From the NCBI GenBank assembly GCA_043228905.1, contig JBHGNT010000009.1, forward strand, positions 6,448,001 through 6,512,000: DNA of 64,000 bases, in the 5' to 3' direction. The position numbers and the translations under genes were made by a program. The stretch comes from Azolla caroliniana (Eukaryota > Plantae > Polypodiophyta). The notes under the pieces were generated by a model. It did no database searches. It was not told the DNA's origin and saw only the letters and a program-made list of their open reading frames with translations. Below, piece after piece: positions 52,401-64,000 of the stretch. Positions within the stretch are counted from its first letter, which is position 1. Each line of letters begins with the position of its first letter.

Positions 52401-53879
52401 CCATGTTGAGTAGTCGGCGTCCTTCGAGTCGGATTTGTTTTCTTCTGCTCCTTGAATGTAGCCCCAATAACCTTGGCCAACAAGGTATTGGTGCATCTTT
52501 TACTCCCAAGATGCAAGGTTGTTTCTGTCAACTTCTCACTAGGGAGAGCACTCTCCATTTGAGTATTCATTATATTGATGAAGATTTATTCCTTCTTCTT
52601 TACCTTGTCTCTCGAACACGAGCTATGTAGTGGCACTACGATAGCGGATAGTGGGATTTTCCATTGGCGTATCGAACACACAACACATGCGGATGGGCTA
52701 GATCGAGCTACTAACACGCTCTGGTACCATGTAAAGAATTGGATATGATTCTATGTAGCGGAAGAGTTGTGTTGTGTGTGTGTGTGTGAGGAGAGAAGAG
52801 AGACACAAGGTAGATAAGAGAAATGAAGTACTCAAGAAGAAGATGTATCTTAACAAGGAGAATATTGAGCACAAAAATGTAGCATTACAAGGAGTAACAA
52901 CCGACACTATATGAAGCAGGAGAAGGGTGCTTTATATAAGGTCACCCTTTCCCTTTATAAACTCACTACAACGCCCACTTTCTCTCTAGAACCTTGGGGA
53001 ATGTGAAGACTCATTAGTCATGGGGAATATGGAACTCATTAGTTATGTTATAGAATGTGATTCTACGACACATAGTTAATGTGTAGAGAGTAGTGGTGAC
53101 TTTTAACCTTTGACTGCTCATAGATTCTCAAAGGGTGTGTTCACACATTAAACTAGGTTGAGATTGATTCTCAAGATAACTCATAGCTACAACCTCCACA
53201 AATCCCTTTTAGATGTATTATATATAAATATACACACAAAATTAGCATTGTAACATTTATTTAGTTGGATATGATTTTCATATTATTCACAATGATGGTT
53301 AATATAATTATACTTGCATGGAATTTCATACATTATCTAAGAATTGGATAAAAAACATGATAGATAGAATATAAGACTATTGATTTTCTTGTCACGAAAT
53401 TATTTAGTTCTAAATTCCACTATGTTTTAAGAAACCATGTATGCATGCGTCATACCTTTTTGAAAGTCTACTAAAATAAGGCATTTTTTAACATCTCGCC
53501 AAGATGTGAAAAAAAGAATGCTACATATTACCTATTTCAAATGTCCCAGTGTTTTAATGGTTCTTGCCTTAATCCAAGACATTTTTGTATTACGCACACG
53601 TCTTAATCCTCGTTCTCTTTGTGTAATCTTCTTGAATGGAGGGAAAGAGAGTGAGTGAGGTTGATTCTTGGCATCAATGACAAAGTTTCCTTGAACCATG
53701 ATTCCTCAAACTAAGGTTTTCTAGAACCATAAAAATCCTTGAATGGGGTAATTCTTACGAAAAGGGGGATTACAGGTGGGCTATCCATGAAGTGTTCTAA
53801 GTCTTCTCACACGACATCACATCTTACTTGGTCTAGGTCCCTTGTAGTTCATTTGAGAAGCACACATGCACGCGTTGAT

Positions 53880-55150
53880 GTGACATCTTTTTAAAATTCG
53901 ACGTGAAAGAGAGAGGAGAAGACTTCGCAATCATGATGGTCATAGTGATGGACAATATCTTCTGAAAAGAGACAACACAACTTGGCTAAGATAAAACCAT
54001 AGAGATGATAGTAGGGATATCCACGCTATTCGATGTGAAAGATGTCTCGTGTTGCTTGGAGGCTTACAAAGCCGAGATGCTTATGTGAGACATACATGAG
54101 GTGAGGCAACTAAGTAGCTTCACAAGGGTCGTAACACTGAGCCTCCATGCAGAGGTACTCGAGTTGCAAGCGGAGAGCCGTGGTTGAGAGTTTGAGAGAC
54201 GAATGTGGAAGTGTACATGGCTTCGATAACTCTTTGAAGATGACAAAGAAGGACTTGATGGATTGAGGAGGGTGGATGTCAAAAGAAGGAGTAAGTTGGA
54301 TATCCTACAAGAGAACGAAGATGGGATTACCTCAAATTGATTCGCAGTAAAAAGGGTGTAAAGCCACTTTAACAAGTGGTGATAATGGGATGATGAAGCC
54401 TCCTTGAATTGCCAACCCACGATCAAAGGAAGAACTCATGACACCAAGGTCATTAAAATGGTGGAAAGAAGGGGTAACAAAATGGAGGCACAACCCAAGT
54501 GAGGAATGTATTGGGAGGACTGCTAGGGGGCACAAAATTTGATGAATTAACAAGGATGCTGCAAGACCTCCAAATAACCTAAGAAATGAGGATGGCAAAC
54601 GTTCCCCTCAAGATCGGCGACCAACATTTGTAAAAACGTGTACACGTGTTGAGATGACCCAAACCACCAAAGGCTTCATTGTGGAGAAATGGAAGGAGAA
54701 ATGGAAGGAGAAATGTGGACCAACCTTCAAGCCATGTTGCGAGATAAAGAAAATAACGAACCTCAAGCGAGTGATGGAAGAGAGTATCCCCAACAATCAC
54801 ATAGAGGTCACTCTATGAGAGATTCTAGGTATACCAAAAAGAGAATTCCACGATGGCATCATAGACTTCATGAAGAGAAAGCGAAGCTCAACCGAAATGG
54901 AAGGGAGGAATTCCTAGCAAAAATGCCATCCAATGTTTCGTTTCATGAGCAAAGCATCCATGTCCGGTTGCAATAACCAGCATAATGTGTTCTATTATTG
55001 TCCGGCAGCAAAGGACTCCTCGAAGTATGAGGGGGCACTTGGAACTGGCCCATTGGAGTAACATAATAGGAGACAGTTGAGAAACATTCAGAACAGACAC
55101 ATGGATGGCTGAAAGATGTACATCGTGTGCATTAACAATGAACATAACAG
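53880..55150 (+). mobile_element. Highly decayed Gypsy gag-PR relic of the same family
   Basis: PBS remnant TCGACGTGAAA at about 53897; FDVKDVSCCLEAYKAEML resembles gag FNGKDATSYVEAYGAE. Confidence 0.55.
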
Positions 55151-55589
55151 GTGAGAGATACTGATATACCTCGATGGTTCAATGATGTACTACATAGTGT
55201 GCATCAACCATCGCGAGGCATGGTGTGTCCGATCGCTCGCTCCCTCGTCATGTGGTTTGTGTAATCCCGATGGATGGCAGAAGGACTCGTGTGGCATCGG
55301 GAAAAATGACTTTGTTCCACCACAGAATACATCTCGTTTTCTCGTCCACGGAACTTTCTGGGTTCCTCTTAATATTAAGATTAGAATTTGGGCACCATGA
55401 TCCAATCAATGAAAAGAAGATATATACAGATATGTATAGCCATGGCCTCTGAATCCATAGTTCATTTCTATGTTTCTTGCACCTCATGCCGGGTTGAGAT
55501 TATTTAGAGATCCATTCTGAGAGAAATCCAAAGTACCCGCAATCTCCTGTTTCAGGCACAAACAGAGTGGATCAAAGCCCCATGGATTC

Positions 55590-57179
55590 ATGGTGAGCAC
55601 ACTCCAGCTTGGATTTATACCAACAGAAGGAACTTGTGCTCATCATCATCATCATCACCATGACATGGTTCAGGAAAAGGATTCTCTTTTGGCGGCAATA
55701 AAATCATGTGGTGAACTCAAAGACCTGCAAGAAACTAAAAGGACACATACAATCCAGCTTGGATTTATATCAACAGAAGGAATTTGTGCTCATCATCATC
55801 ATCATCATCATCATCACCATGACATGGTCCAGGAAAGGAATGCTCTTTTGGTGGCGATAAAGTCATGCGGTGAACTCAAAGACCTGCAAGAAGCTAGAAG
55901 GATACATGCGCATATTCTCTCGAAAGAGATCTATCCCAAGGATTTGTATGTGAGTACTGTTCTGCTTCGCGTGTACTTCAAATGTGGAGCCATTAGAGAA
56001 GCACAAAAGGTGTTTGAAGATCTTCCTCGAAGGAAACTTGGATCTTGGAACTCACTCATAGTTGGGTATGTCCGGCATGGTCTCTCAGAGGAAGCTTTAA
56101 GCTGTTTCTCAAGGATGCGAGAAGAGCCGGATATCTCCCCGGATGCCCTCACTTTTTCATGCATTCTCAAGGCATGTGCAAATACAGGCTCTCTGGAGAT
56201 AGGAGAAGAGATACATAACATGGTCCGCAAGCAATGCTTATTAGGAAAAGATCTGGTTCTTGGCACTACATTGGTTGACATGTATGCAAAATGTGGCTTG
56301 TTAGGAAAAGCACAGGAAGTGTTTGATGAGCTTCCAGTGCAGGATGTTGTCGCTTGGAGTGCTCTAATTTCTGGTTACACACAGCATGGATTGGCTGAGA
56401 AAGCTCTGGCATGTTTTCGGTCAATGATCAATGAGGGCATCTCCCCAAATGTCGTCACATTCACTTGCATTTTAAAAGCTTGTGGAAGCATAGGATCTCT
56501 AGACATGGGAGAGGAAATACACGCGGAGGTGAAGAAGCAAAAGTTATTAGAAAAAGATGTTATGCTCGGTAACACATTGGTGGACATGTATGCAAAATGT
56601 GGCAGATTAGTCAAAGCACGAGATGTATTCAACCAGCTTCCAATACAGAATGTCGTTTCATGGAATGCACTGATTGCTGGGTATGGACAGCTCGGTCAGG
56701 CAAAAAGTATTCATTACTTTATCAACAAAATGGTTGCACAAGGTATCATGGCTGATTCGGTTACCTTCCTTGGTTTGCTCTCCACTTGTAGTCATGCAGG
56801 ACTAGTGGAGGAAGGACAAATAGTGGTTAAGTATATGCATGATGTTGGTTGTCTAACACCAACTTTAGAGCACTACACTTGCATGGTTGATCTTTTCAGC
56901 CGAGCGGGGCATTTTTATAAAGCCATAGCTCTAGTTGAGGAGATGCGGGTTTCTAATCGGCTTCCATTGCTTTTGGCTCTGTTGAGTGCTTGCCATAAAT
57001 GGGCGAATGTTGAGCTAGGGAAGTGGGCATTTGAACAATCAGTACAGCTAGATGCAAACTGCAGTGCTGCATATATTGGCATGGCAAATATATATGCAGC
57101 TGCTGGCATGCAAGCACAAGCTTTCAAAAATTTGAGCTTAGATTTTAAAAGTGGAAGAAAAAATTTGGTTGGTGGATAG
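55590..57179 (+). CDS. PLS-class pentatricopeptide repeat protein with E domain (organellar RNA-editing factor family)
   Basis: 529-aa intronless ORF with repeated LVDMYAKCG, DVVAWSALISGY and TFTCILKAC motifs, then EHYTCMVDLFSRAG and an E-domain-like ALLSACHKWANVELG. Confidence 0.9.
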   Translation: MVSTLQLGFIPTEGTCAHHHHHHHDMVQEKDSLLAAIKSCGELKDLQETKRTHTIQLGFISTEGICAHHHHHHHHHHDMVQERNALLVAIKSCGELKDLQEARRIHAHILSKEIYPKDLYVSTVLLRVYFKCGAIREAQKVFEDLPRRKLGSWNSLIVGYVRHGLSEEALSCFSRMREEPDISPDALTFSCILKACANTGSLEIGEEIHNMVRKQCLLGKDLVLGTTLVDMYAKCGLLGKAQEVFDELPVQDVVAWSALISGYTQHGLAEKALACFRSMINEGISPNVVTFTCILKACGSIGSLDMGEEIHAEVKKQKLLEKDVMLGNTLVDMYAKCGRLVKARDVFNQLPIQNVVSWNALIAGYGQLGQAKSIHYFINKMVAQGIMADSVTFLGLLSTCSHAGLVEEGQIVVKYMHDVGCLTPTLEHYTCMVDLFSRAGHFYKAIALVEEMRVSNRLPLLLALLSACHKWANVELGKWAFEQSVQLDANCSAAYIGMANIYAAAGMQAQAFKNLSLDFKSGRKNLVGG

Positions 57180-57573
57180 ATGTCAATAGGAATATTGGTC
57201 ACTCATTTATCTGAACTTGCATGGACACTGTTGGTGGGCAATATAATATGTGTCTCCTATGTAATGTTACAAAAGACTTGGAACTTGGATGGATATTGTT
57301 GGAGAGCAATATATATCTTCTATGTAAAAGCTACAAGAGTTTTAGGACATGCCTTGATATTGTTGGTGGGTAATCTGTATCTGTATCGAAGAGTTTTGGG
57401 ACTTGCATAGGGGTAATATGTATCTTCTATGTAAATCTACAAGAAGTTTATGAAAAGTTGTTGCAGTAGGGTTATTCCCTATTCTTGCACTTCATTGGGT
57501 CTCAGAAGACATTTCAAATGCTGACAAGAAAGACATTCTATGTGGCTATTGTGGAAAGGGAGTAGTTGCATGT
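57152..57573 (+). pseudogene. Out-of-frame E+/PG-box and decayed DYW-domain remnant of the PPR gene
   Basis: WKKKFGWWIDVNRNIGHSF at 57152-57208; LHWVSEDISNADKKDILCGYCGKGVVAC at 57490-57573, where HSEK is expected but YCGK is found. Confidence 0.6.
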
Positions 57574-58714
57574 CCAAAGTTGGTTCACTAATCTATTTGA
57601 TAATGAGCCTTTTGAAACCGCCGACGACTAAAAGACCATTTACACCCCCTAGAACAAGCAAGGGTATACAAAACTATTTTTATGCCAATCAATCCATTTG
57701 ATAATGAGCCTTTTGAAACCATTGATGACTAAAAAGTCCTGTTACCCGTATAACAACCTAGAGTATACAGTATCATTGTTATATTAACCCTTTTCAGTGT
57801 GAATATGTATTTGATGCTATTTTTATGTCATGCTTCTTACTATGTGAATCAATTGATGTTGTCTCTTGTAATTCTCATTGTTGCAGATATTAGAGTGTGC
57901 GATCACATGTCTTAGATAGAAAGACACCTGAAATTGGGAGCTCAGGTGCTTCTATTGGAAATGGTTGCGTTGAAATCTGCTTCCTGAGTTGCAACTGTTG
58001 CCTACAGTGGGGAAATGTGTTTCCTTCGGTTCCAACCATTCAAGAGATAACTTTTTGTATGCTTATTCCCTCCATAAGTGAGCTTAAGGCAACTCGATAT
58101 ATTATCTTATTTTTCATGCACGATACTGGATGATAAGATTGCATTTGCGCATGTATTTGGAATAACAATGTAACATCTAAAGAAACTTGATTTCCTTCAT
58201 TGCAGGAGGAGGACATAACTTGCATATTAGTTGACAAACAAGAGGACCCAATGACTCAATTTTTATAATACATATTAAGGAAAGGAAATGATTTATGACT
58301 CTAAAGTGATGATCAAGAGACCCAATGAATCAATTTTATAATACATATTAAGGGTGATGAATTATGGCTCATAGCCTATAGGATGGTAACATAAACGGAT
58401 GCTATGAATGAATATAAAGGTAATCTATTTATCAACTTAGACTTGATATTTGCATTTTGACATCTACAATAATGTTTATCATAGAGATGTAAGCCAAGAC
58501 ATTTATGTTAGTGAAGGCACCAAAACATGTTTTACAAGTTCCACATTACCCCACTTCTAACAAGCCCTTAACAAAGTATGCCAAGGTATCACTATTACAA
58601 TTGAATGATATTTAAGCAATGAATGAAAAATAGTACAGAAGGAAGACAATATTTTAAGGGTGCTTAACCAAGTGAAGGACAAGAGAGGAATATGAAACCT
58701 CGTCAATGTCTCAC

Positions 58715-58892
58715 ACCAAATATGATCATCATATTATACTTTGGAGTCAAGACAAATATTGATACTAAGAATAAGAGCTTCGCCTCACCAATAAGAGTCT
58801 CAATACCACCAAATATGATCATCATATTATATTTTGGAGTCAAGACAAATATTGATACTAAGAATAAGAGTTTTGGTTCACCAATAAGAGTC
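58715..58892 (+). repeat. Two-copy tandem duplication of about 92 bp
   Basis: ACCAAATATGATCATCATATTAT..CACCAATAAGAGTCT occurs twice. Confidence 0.85.
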
Positions 58893-59029
58893 TAGATACC
58901 ATTTACGAGATGCCATAATTAAGTCCTTAGGGGTCTGTCTCAAGTACTAGAACAACCAATTTTCTACCCTTAAACCATTAGATTTATCCTTTAGAATATA
59001 TCCCAAGGCTAGTACCAAAGTAAAAGGCG

Positions 59030-59190
59030 CACCATCTGGGGAAATTGTAGAATACCTTGCAATCAGAGAATTCCATAAGACCACATCACCATCTTGACAT
59101 TTGCTAAACATGTACCTTGATTCCCCAAGTGAACCATTCTTAGCATACATGTCCACCAAAGAAGTGCTTATTTGAGAATCATTATTTCTT
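59030..59190 (-). pseudogene. Single-motif PPR fragment
   Basis: STSLVDMYAKNGSLGESRYMFSKCQDGDVVLWNSLIARY. Confidence 0.75.
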
Positions 59191-60651
59191 GACCCTTGCC
59201 TATGGCTTCCGTGCAACCACGATCTTTCAAACTTGAAATGCATGTTTCTCAATCAGCAAAAATTTCCTCTCTGCATCTGCTCAAGGCAATGTAGCACTTA
59301 CTTCTTCTTCGTCATCATCCATATTATGTGTATAAGATGGGATCTTCCTCTGTCTTCCTCAATAAAATCTCTATGTGATTTTGATGCAACACAAAAGGAA
59401 CTTGCATATCATGAAAGTGAAGCACCATTCACGCCGTGGATGATGATGCATCACCTACTTAGACTTACCTCCCAGGATTAAAGATGTGCTACCGCAAATT
59501 ATAAATCTTCTCCCCTTCCTGAATCACCGCTCTCAATTACCATCTTTCCTTTTATGTCCAAATCCCAAAATGCATAAAAGGGCAGCTTATGCAAACGGAA
59601 AATCAAAGTCTTGCAAGTGCTCTCTATGCATCCTGTAGTCAGCCCCCTTTTGGTTCATAACCACATATGTTGTTAGTACTTTTGTATCAAATAGCCATAT
59701 TTGTTGTTAGTGGTTTGGTCGTAGCGTGAGGTCTGATACATATAGTTGATGTATGCATCGTGTTGAATACCCCTATGGTATCTACAAGCTCTGTAGTAGC
59801 TTCAATGACTTGTGTAAGTTAGGATTTATGTTGCATATTGTTGATTAGATCCATCATGTTCCTCCCATAAATTGACATATTCGCATTTGTGGGGCCTCCC
59901 CCATGAATGAACACGAATGAATAAAAAACTATTCGTAAAAGAAAGAGTTCATAAACTCCCTCCTTTTTATTCTCCCAAATATAAAAAAGGGAACTTGACA
60001 ATAAAAAGGGGATATTTTTATTTCACAAGAAAAGGGTACTTGACACTACTAATATTTTTATAATAGATGTAAAAATGTAACCATTTTATTTTTAATAAAT
60101 AAATAAAATAAAGTTTCATTAATTTCCCATTTTTTACTATCTCAAATTTTGTGGATATTTTTATCTGACATTAAAAAGGGGACTTGACACTAATCATATT
60201 TTTATAATAGATGTAAAAATATTTGGTTTTCTTTTTTTAAAATAAAATAAAGGTTCATAAACTTTACCCTTGTTTATTTTACTCTAAAAAGGACACTTCA
60301 AACTAATCATATTTTTATAATCTATTAATGAGTGATTGTGCTTTTTTTTCATGAATTAATTAATTTTTATTATGTAAATTTATTTTGCAAAGTAAATGGT
60401 TTTATAATATTCTTGGAGCTATTTCATATTCTCGAATATTGCAAATATCATGCATAAAGAATATCACGATATTCACGCATGTGCCATTCTATGGTTCCTC
60501 CTCTACTAATTAATCCATTGAATTTTTCTTTTTATGTCTTGTTGCTTCCTCTAGAGCTAGTTGTTCTTCACTTCTCCATATTCACTCAAAAATAATTGAT
60601 ACATCTACTTGTGTCTATATATTTGTCTTATGGTCACTTGTGTCTCTTTAA

Positions 60652-60940
60652 GGTTATGGGCCCACAATGTTGTCATTCCTTCCTAGATTTGTAATCCATC
60701 ACTTTGTGGCCCATCATTAGTAATCAATAATATCTAGAGCTTGAGATGGCAAACCTCAAAGATTGTATTATTGACAAGCTCATAGATAATAATTTTCCAT
60801 TGTGGAAATGGAAGATGGAGATACTACTTGATGATAAGGGACTCTTGAAGATAATCAAAGGAGAGGAAGTGCTACCAAAGAAAGATTCTGAAGAAGATAT
60901 AAAAGCTTACAACAAAAGAGAGAAGAAGGTATATGCATTT
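60652..60940 (+). mobile_element. Copia 5' end with half-tRNA-iMet PBS and gag start, interrupted at 60941
   Basis: GGTTATGGGCCCAC at 60652-60665; ORF from 60746 KLIDNNFPLWKWKMEILL is a Copia gag N-terminus pattern. Confidence 0.75.
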
Positions 60941-63900
60941 TGTAAAGAATCGATGGTGATTCTTGTGTAGCGGAAGATATGTGTGTTATGTGTATGTGTG
61001 AGAGGAATTAGAGGAGAGGAGAGAGAACACAAGATAGATAGAAAAAGGAATACTCAAGAAGAAGGTGTATATTCACAAGTAGAATAGGAAATACAAAATG
61101 TAGCATTACGAGTCACAACCAACATAGTATGAAGTATAAGGAGGGTGCTTTATATAGAGTCACCCTCTCTCTTCATTAACTTACAACAACCACTCTCTCT
61201 CTTAGGGAATGTAAAGACTCATAGTCATGGGGAATATGTAACTCATTAGTTATGTGTCATAGAATATGATTCTATGACACAGTTTAATGTGTAGAGAGTG
61301 GTATGACTCTTGACCTTTGAGTGCACATATATTCTCAAAGGTGTGTTCACACATTGCACTATGTTGAGCTTGATTCTCAACACGCCCCCTCAAGCTCAAC
61401 TCGGGTCAGTTCCTTTCAGTTGATGTCCGCTTCAGCTCGTATCCGGTTCAGACAATCTCCGGTATCCACTTCGGCTCGTACCCGGTTCAAACGGTATTCG
61501 GTTCTCACTTGTACTCCCCCTCAAGCTTGGCAAGTCAGGAATCGTCAATCCGAGGTCTGACATGAATTGCCGAAGCTTGTCGGCTCTTAAGGCTTTGGTG
61601 AAGATGTCGGCCGTCTGAAGATTCATGTTGATGTGTTGAAGGTCGACATCTCCGACCTGTACACGCTCTCGAATGAAGTGATAGTGCACTTCAATATGCT
61701 TTGTGCGTGCGTGGAACATCGGGTTCTGAGCCAGATATATACTGCTCATGTTGTCACAGTAAATGAGAGTCGGATCCTTGATGGGGACGCCCAGATCCTT
61801 CAAAATCCTCTTGAGCCATACAACTTCACATGCAACTATAGTTGTGCCCCTATATTCGGCCTCCATACTCGAAAGTGCGACGGTGGGTTGCTTCTTACTA
61901 CTCCAAGATATTGCTCCGTTACCAAGTGAGAAGACAAATCCGGAGATCGATCGTCGATCAGCTTTGTAGCCTGCCCAATCCGCGTTTGTGTACCCTTCGA
62001 GTCATATTGGTACGGCCAATGCGTAGAGAACGTCGTAATCCATTGTGCTGCTCACGTATCGTAATACTTGCTTAGCGCAATCGAAATGGATATCTCGCAG
62101 AGTTTGCATGAATTGGCTAAGGAGTCCGACTAGATAGCTAAGGTCAGGTCGAGTGATCGTGAGATAGATTAGGCTCCCGATCAGTTGACGATATTGGGTC
62201 AGCTCGCACTCGTCTATGCCGGAGTCAGCATCTAGTTTGAGGTTTTGCTCGGGAGGTGTAGCCACCGATTTGTACTCAGCCATCCCGAACTTGTATACAA
62301 GTTGAGGATGTCTAGTGTCGTTGAGAGATCATAATGCCAGTCGGAATCCGAATTACTTCGATGCCAAGGAAGTAATGGAGCTCCTTCATGTCCGTCATCT
62401 CGAATTTTCCGGAGAGGAGGGACTTGACCTTGTTGATGTCGACTAGACTTTCACCTCCAATAACCCGATCATCCACGTATAGGATGATGACAGTTAGGCT
62501 TCTAGAGTCGTGTCCTACGTAGAGGGAGTTGTCGGATTTCGACATTCGAAAGCCGATTTGATGAAGATATTGTGTAAGCTTTGAATGCCAAGCACACGGT
62601 GCTTGCTTGAGGCTGTAGAGTGGCTTCTTGAGTCGGCACACGACTTTCGGATGAATGCTCGATTCAAATCCGGAAGGTTGTACCATGTACACTTCCTCTT
62701 CTAATTCGCCTTGGAGGAAAGCGTTCTTGATGTCCATCTGGTGGAGGTGCCACCCTTTCGTTGTTGCGAGTGCAATTACGGTCCGCACCGTCGTCATCTT
62801 TGCCATCGGGGCAAAGGTCTCTTCATAGTCGACTCCATGTGTTTGTGTGTATCCTTTCGCTACAAGTCGAGCTTTGTAGTGGTTGACGGAACCGTCGGCA
62901 TTATACTTCACCTTGTAGATCCATCTGTAGCCAATTGCCCTCTTGTGTGGTGAGTGGGGAATGAGATCCCATGTCTCGTTCTTGCGTAGTGCACACATCT
63001 CCTCGTTCATTGCTTCAATCCATTGCGGGTCCTTCGCGGCTTCGGAAGAGGTTTCCGGATTCTGTATTGTTGCCACCTTCATCATAAATGCGTAATGATA
63101 CGCCATTTACTCGTCGTAGCCGAATCGGCTTACGGGGTTCTTTTGATGGGTGGATCTTCGAAACTTCTCGTTTGCGGATTCTAAGGCTTTCTTCACTCCA
63201 TTTGTCTGGATGTCAAGGCCTTCGAACTCACTATCAAGGGAGTGAGTCGATTCAATGCCGTCGAAATGATCATCTTCATACTCTGGCATTTTGGCCTTCC
63301 CTTTGTCTAGCTTCGAACTCGGTCAAGATGTGCTTTGATCGCTCGGACGCTCTTGTGGTCCGCTCAGTCGGGTCGTGATCGGACTTTCTTCGAACATGTG
63401 CGTAAGGCTATCTTCATCCTCTATCTCTTGTTTGGCGGATTCTAGGTCGAGCGGAATCGGAGTCGAAGTTGTCTCTAGTGCATACCAAGAGGCGGACTTG
63501 TCAAAGACGACGTCTTGACTTACGCGAACTTTTCGAGTCGAGGGGTTATAACACAATGTACCCCTTTTGCTCCAGTGAGTATCCGATGAGGATACATTTC
63601 TTCGACTTCGGGTCGAGCTTTTGTCTTTTTTCATCGGGGATGTGCACATACGCAATGGAGCCGAATATCCGGACGTGTGATAGATCTGGCTTCTTTCCGA
63701 AAACTTTTTGTGCGGAATGAGGTCATGCACGCCGGATGTCGTACACTGATTCATGAGGTATACGGCCGTGTTAGCCGCTTCTGCCCAGTACGACTTCGGC
63801 ACATGCTTTTTGTTCATCATGGCCCATGCTACTTCGAAGATGTGCCAATTCTTTCGTTCGGCCAGTCCGTTTTGTTGTGGCGTATGTCGACACGAAAACT

Positions 63901-64000
63901 CTCACCGAATTCCTTCTTTCCGTAGATACGCTGTAAACTCATCCGAGAAATATTCCTTGCCTCCATCCGATTGAAGACACCGTATGTGTCGACTCGTAGC
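60941..64000 (-). mobile_element. Ty1/Copia 3' part (integrase end, RT, RNaseH, PPT, 3' LTR 60941-61382); continues beyond the window
   Basis: YKARLVAKGY, QMDIKNAFLQG, LYVDD, HARTKHIEVHYHF; LTR homologous to 24259-24714. Confidence 0.93.

Larger units (their letters stand above)
24259..53176 (-). mobile_element. Ty1/Copia with deleted RT-RNaseH, split inside gag by a 25-kb nest
   Basis: LTRs 24259-24714 and 52730-53176, TSD TAACT (24254-24258, 53177-53181), tRNA-iMet-type PBS TGGTACCAGAGC (52718-52729), gag 52150-52570 continuing below 27103, protease IDSGASHHMT, integrase HSDVWG..FIDNYSR..LRSDGGKEY. Confidence 0.9.

Noticed and set aside
57888-57910. IRVCDH as the DYW CxxC motif
   Set aside because: Too short, too far from the other remnant and not followed by DYW-like residues.

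Overview
Eukaryotic, TE-dense plant nuclear DNA, by inference a seed-free plant and most likely a fern. Most of the window is nested, mutated retrotransposons. These are at least four decayed non-chromovirus Ty3/Gypsy copies of one family (FLDD-type RT, 4-bp TSDs, tRNA-Trp PBS where visible), one full-length self-priming Tcn1/Tf1-like chromovirus (6385-12139, TSD GTGGG) plus its solo LTR, several Ty1/Copia copies (one spanning 24259-53176 with TSD TAACT and holding a 25-kb nest), LINE fragments and a hAT-type MITE. The only long intact ORF is a PLS-class PPR gene (55590-57179) with a decayed E+/DYW tail. Most interesting observations: (1) a tRNA-like Pol III A-box/B-box module, antisense in U3 of four different LTR families; (2) a probably intron-split remnant of a bacterial-type N4C/N6A DNA methyltransferase at about 23.1-23.3 kb; (3) all six readable target sites of the Trp-primed Gypsy family are centred on CpG; (4) a conserved G-GAT-TTT candidate -1 frameshift between protease and RT. 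All calls are by eye; no searches were run.
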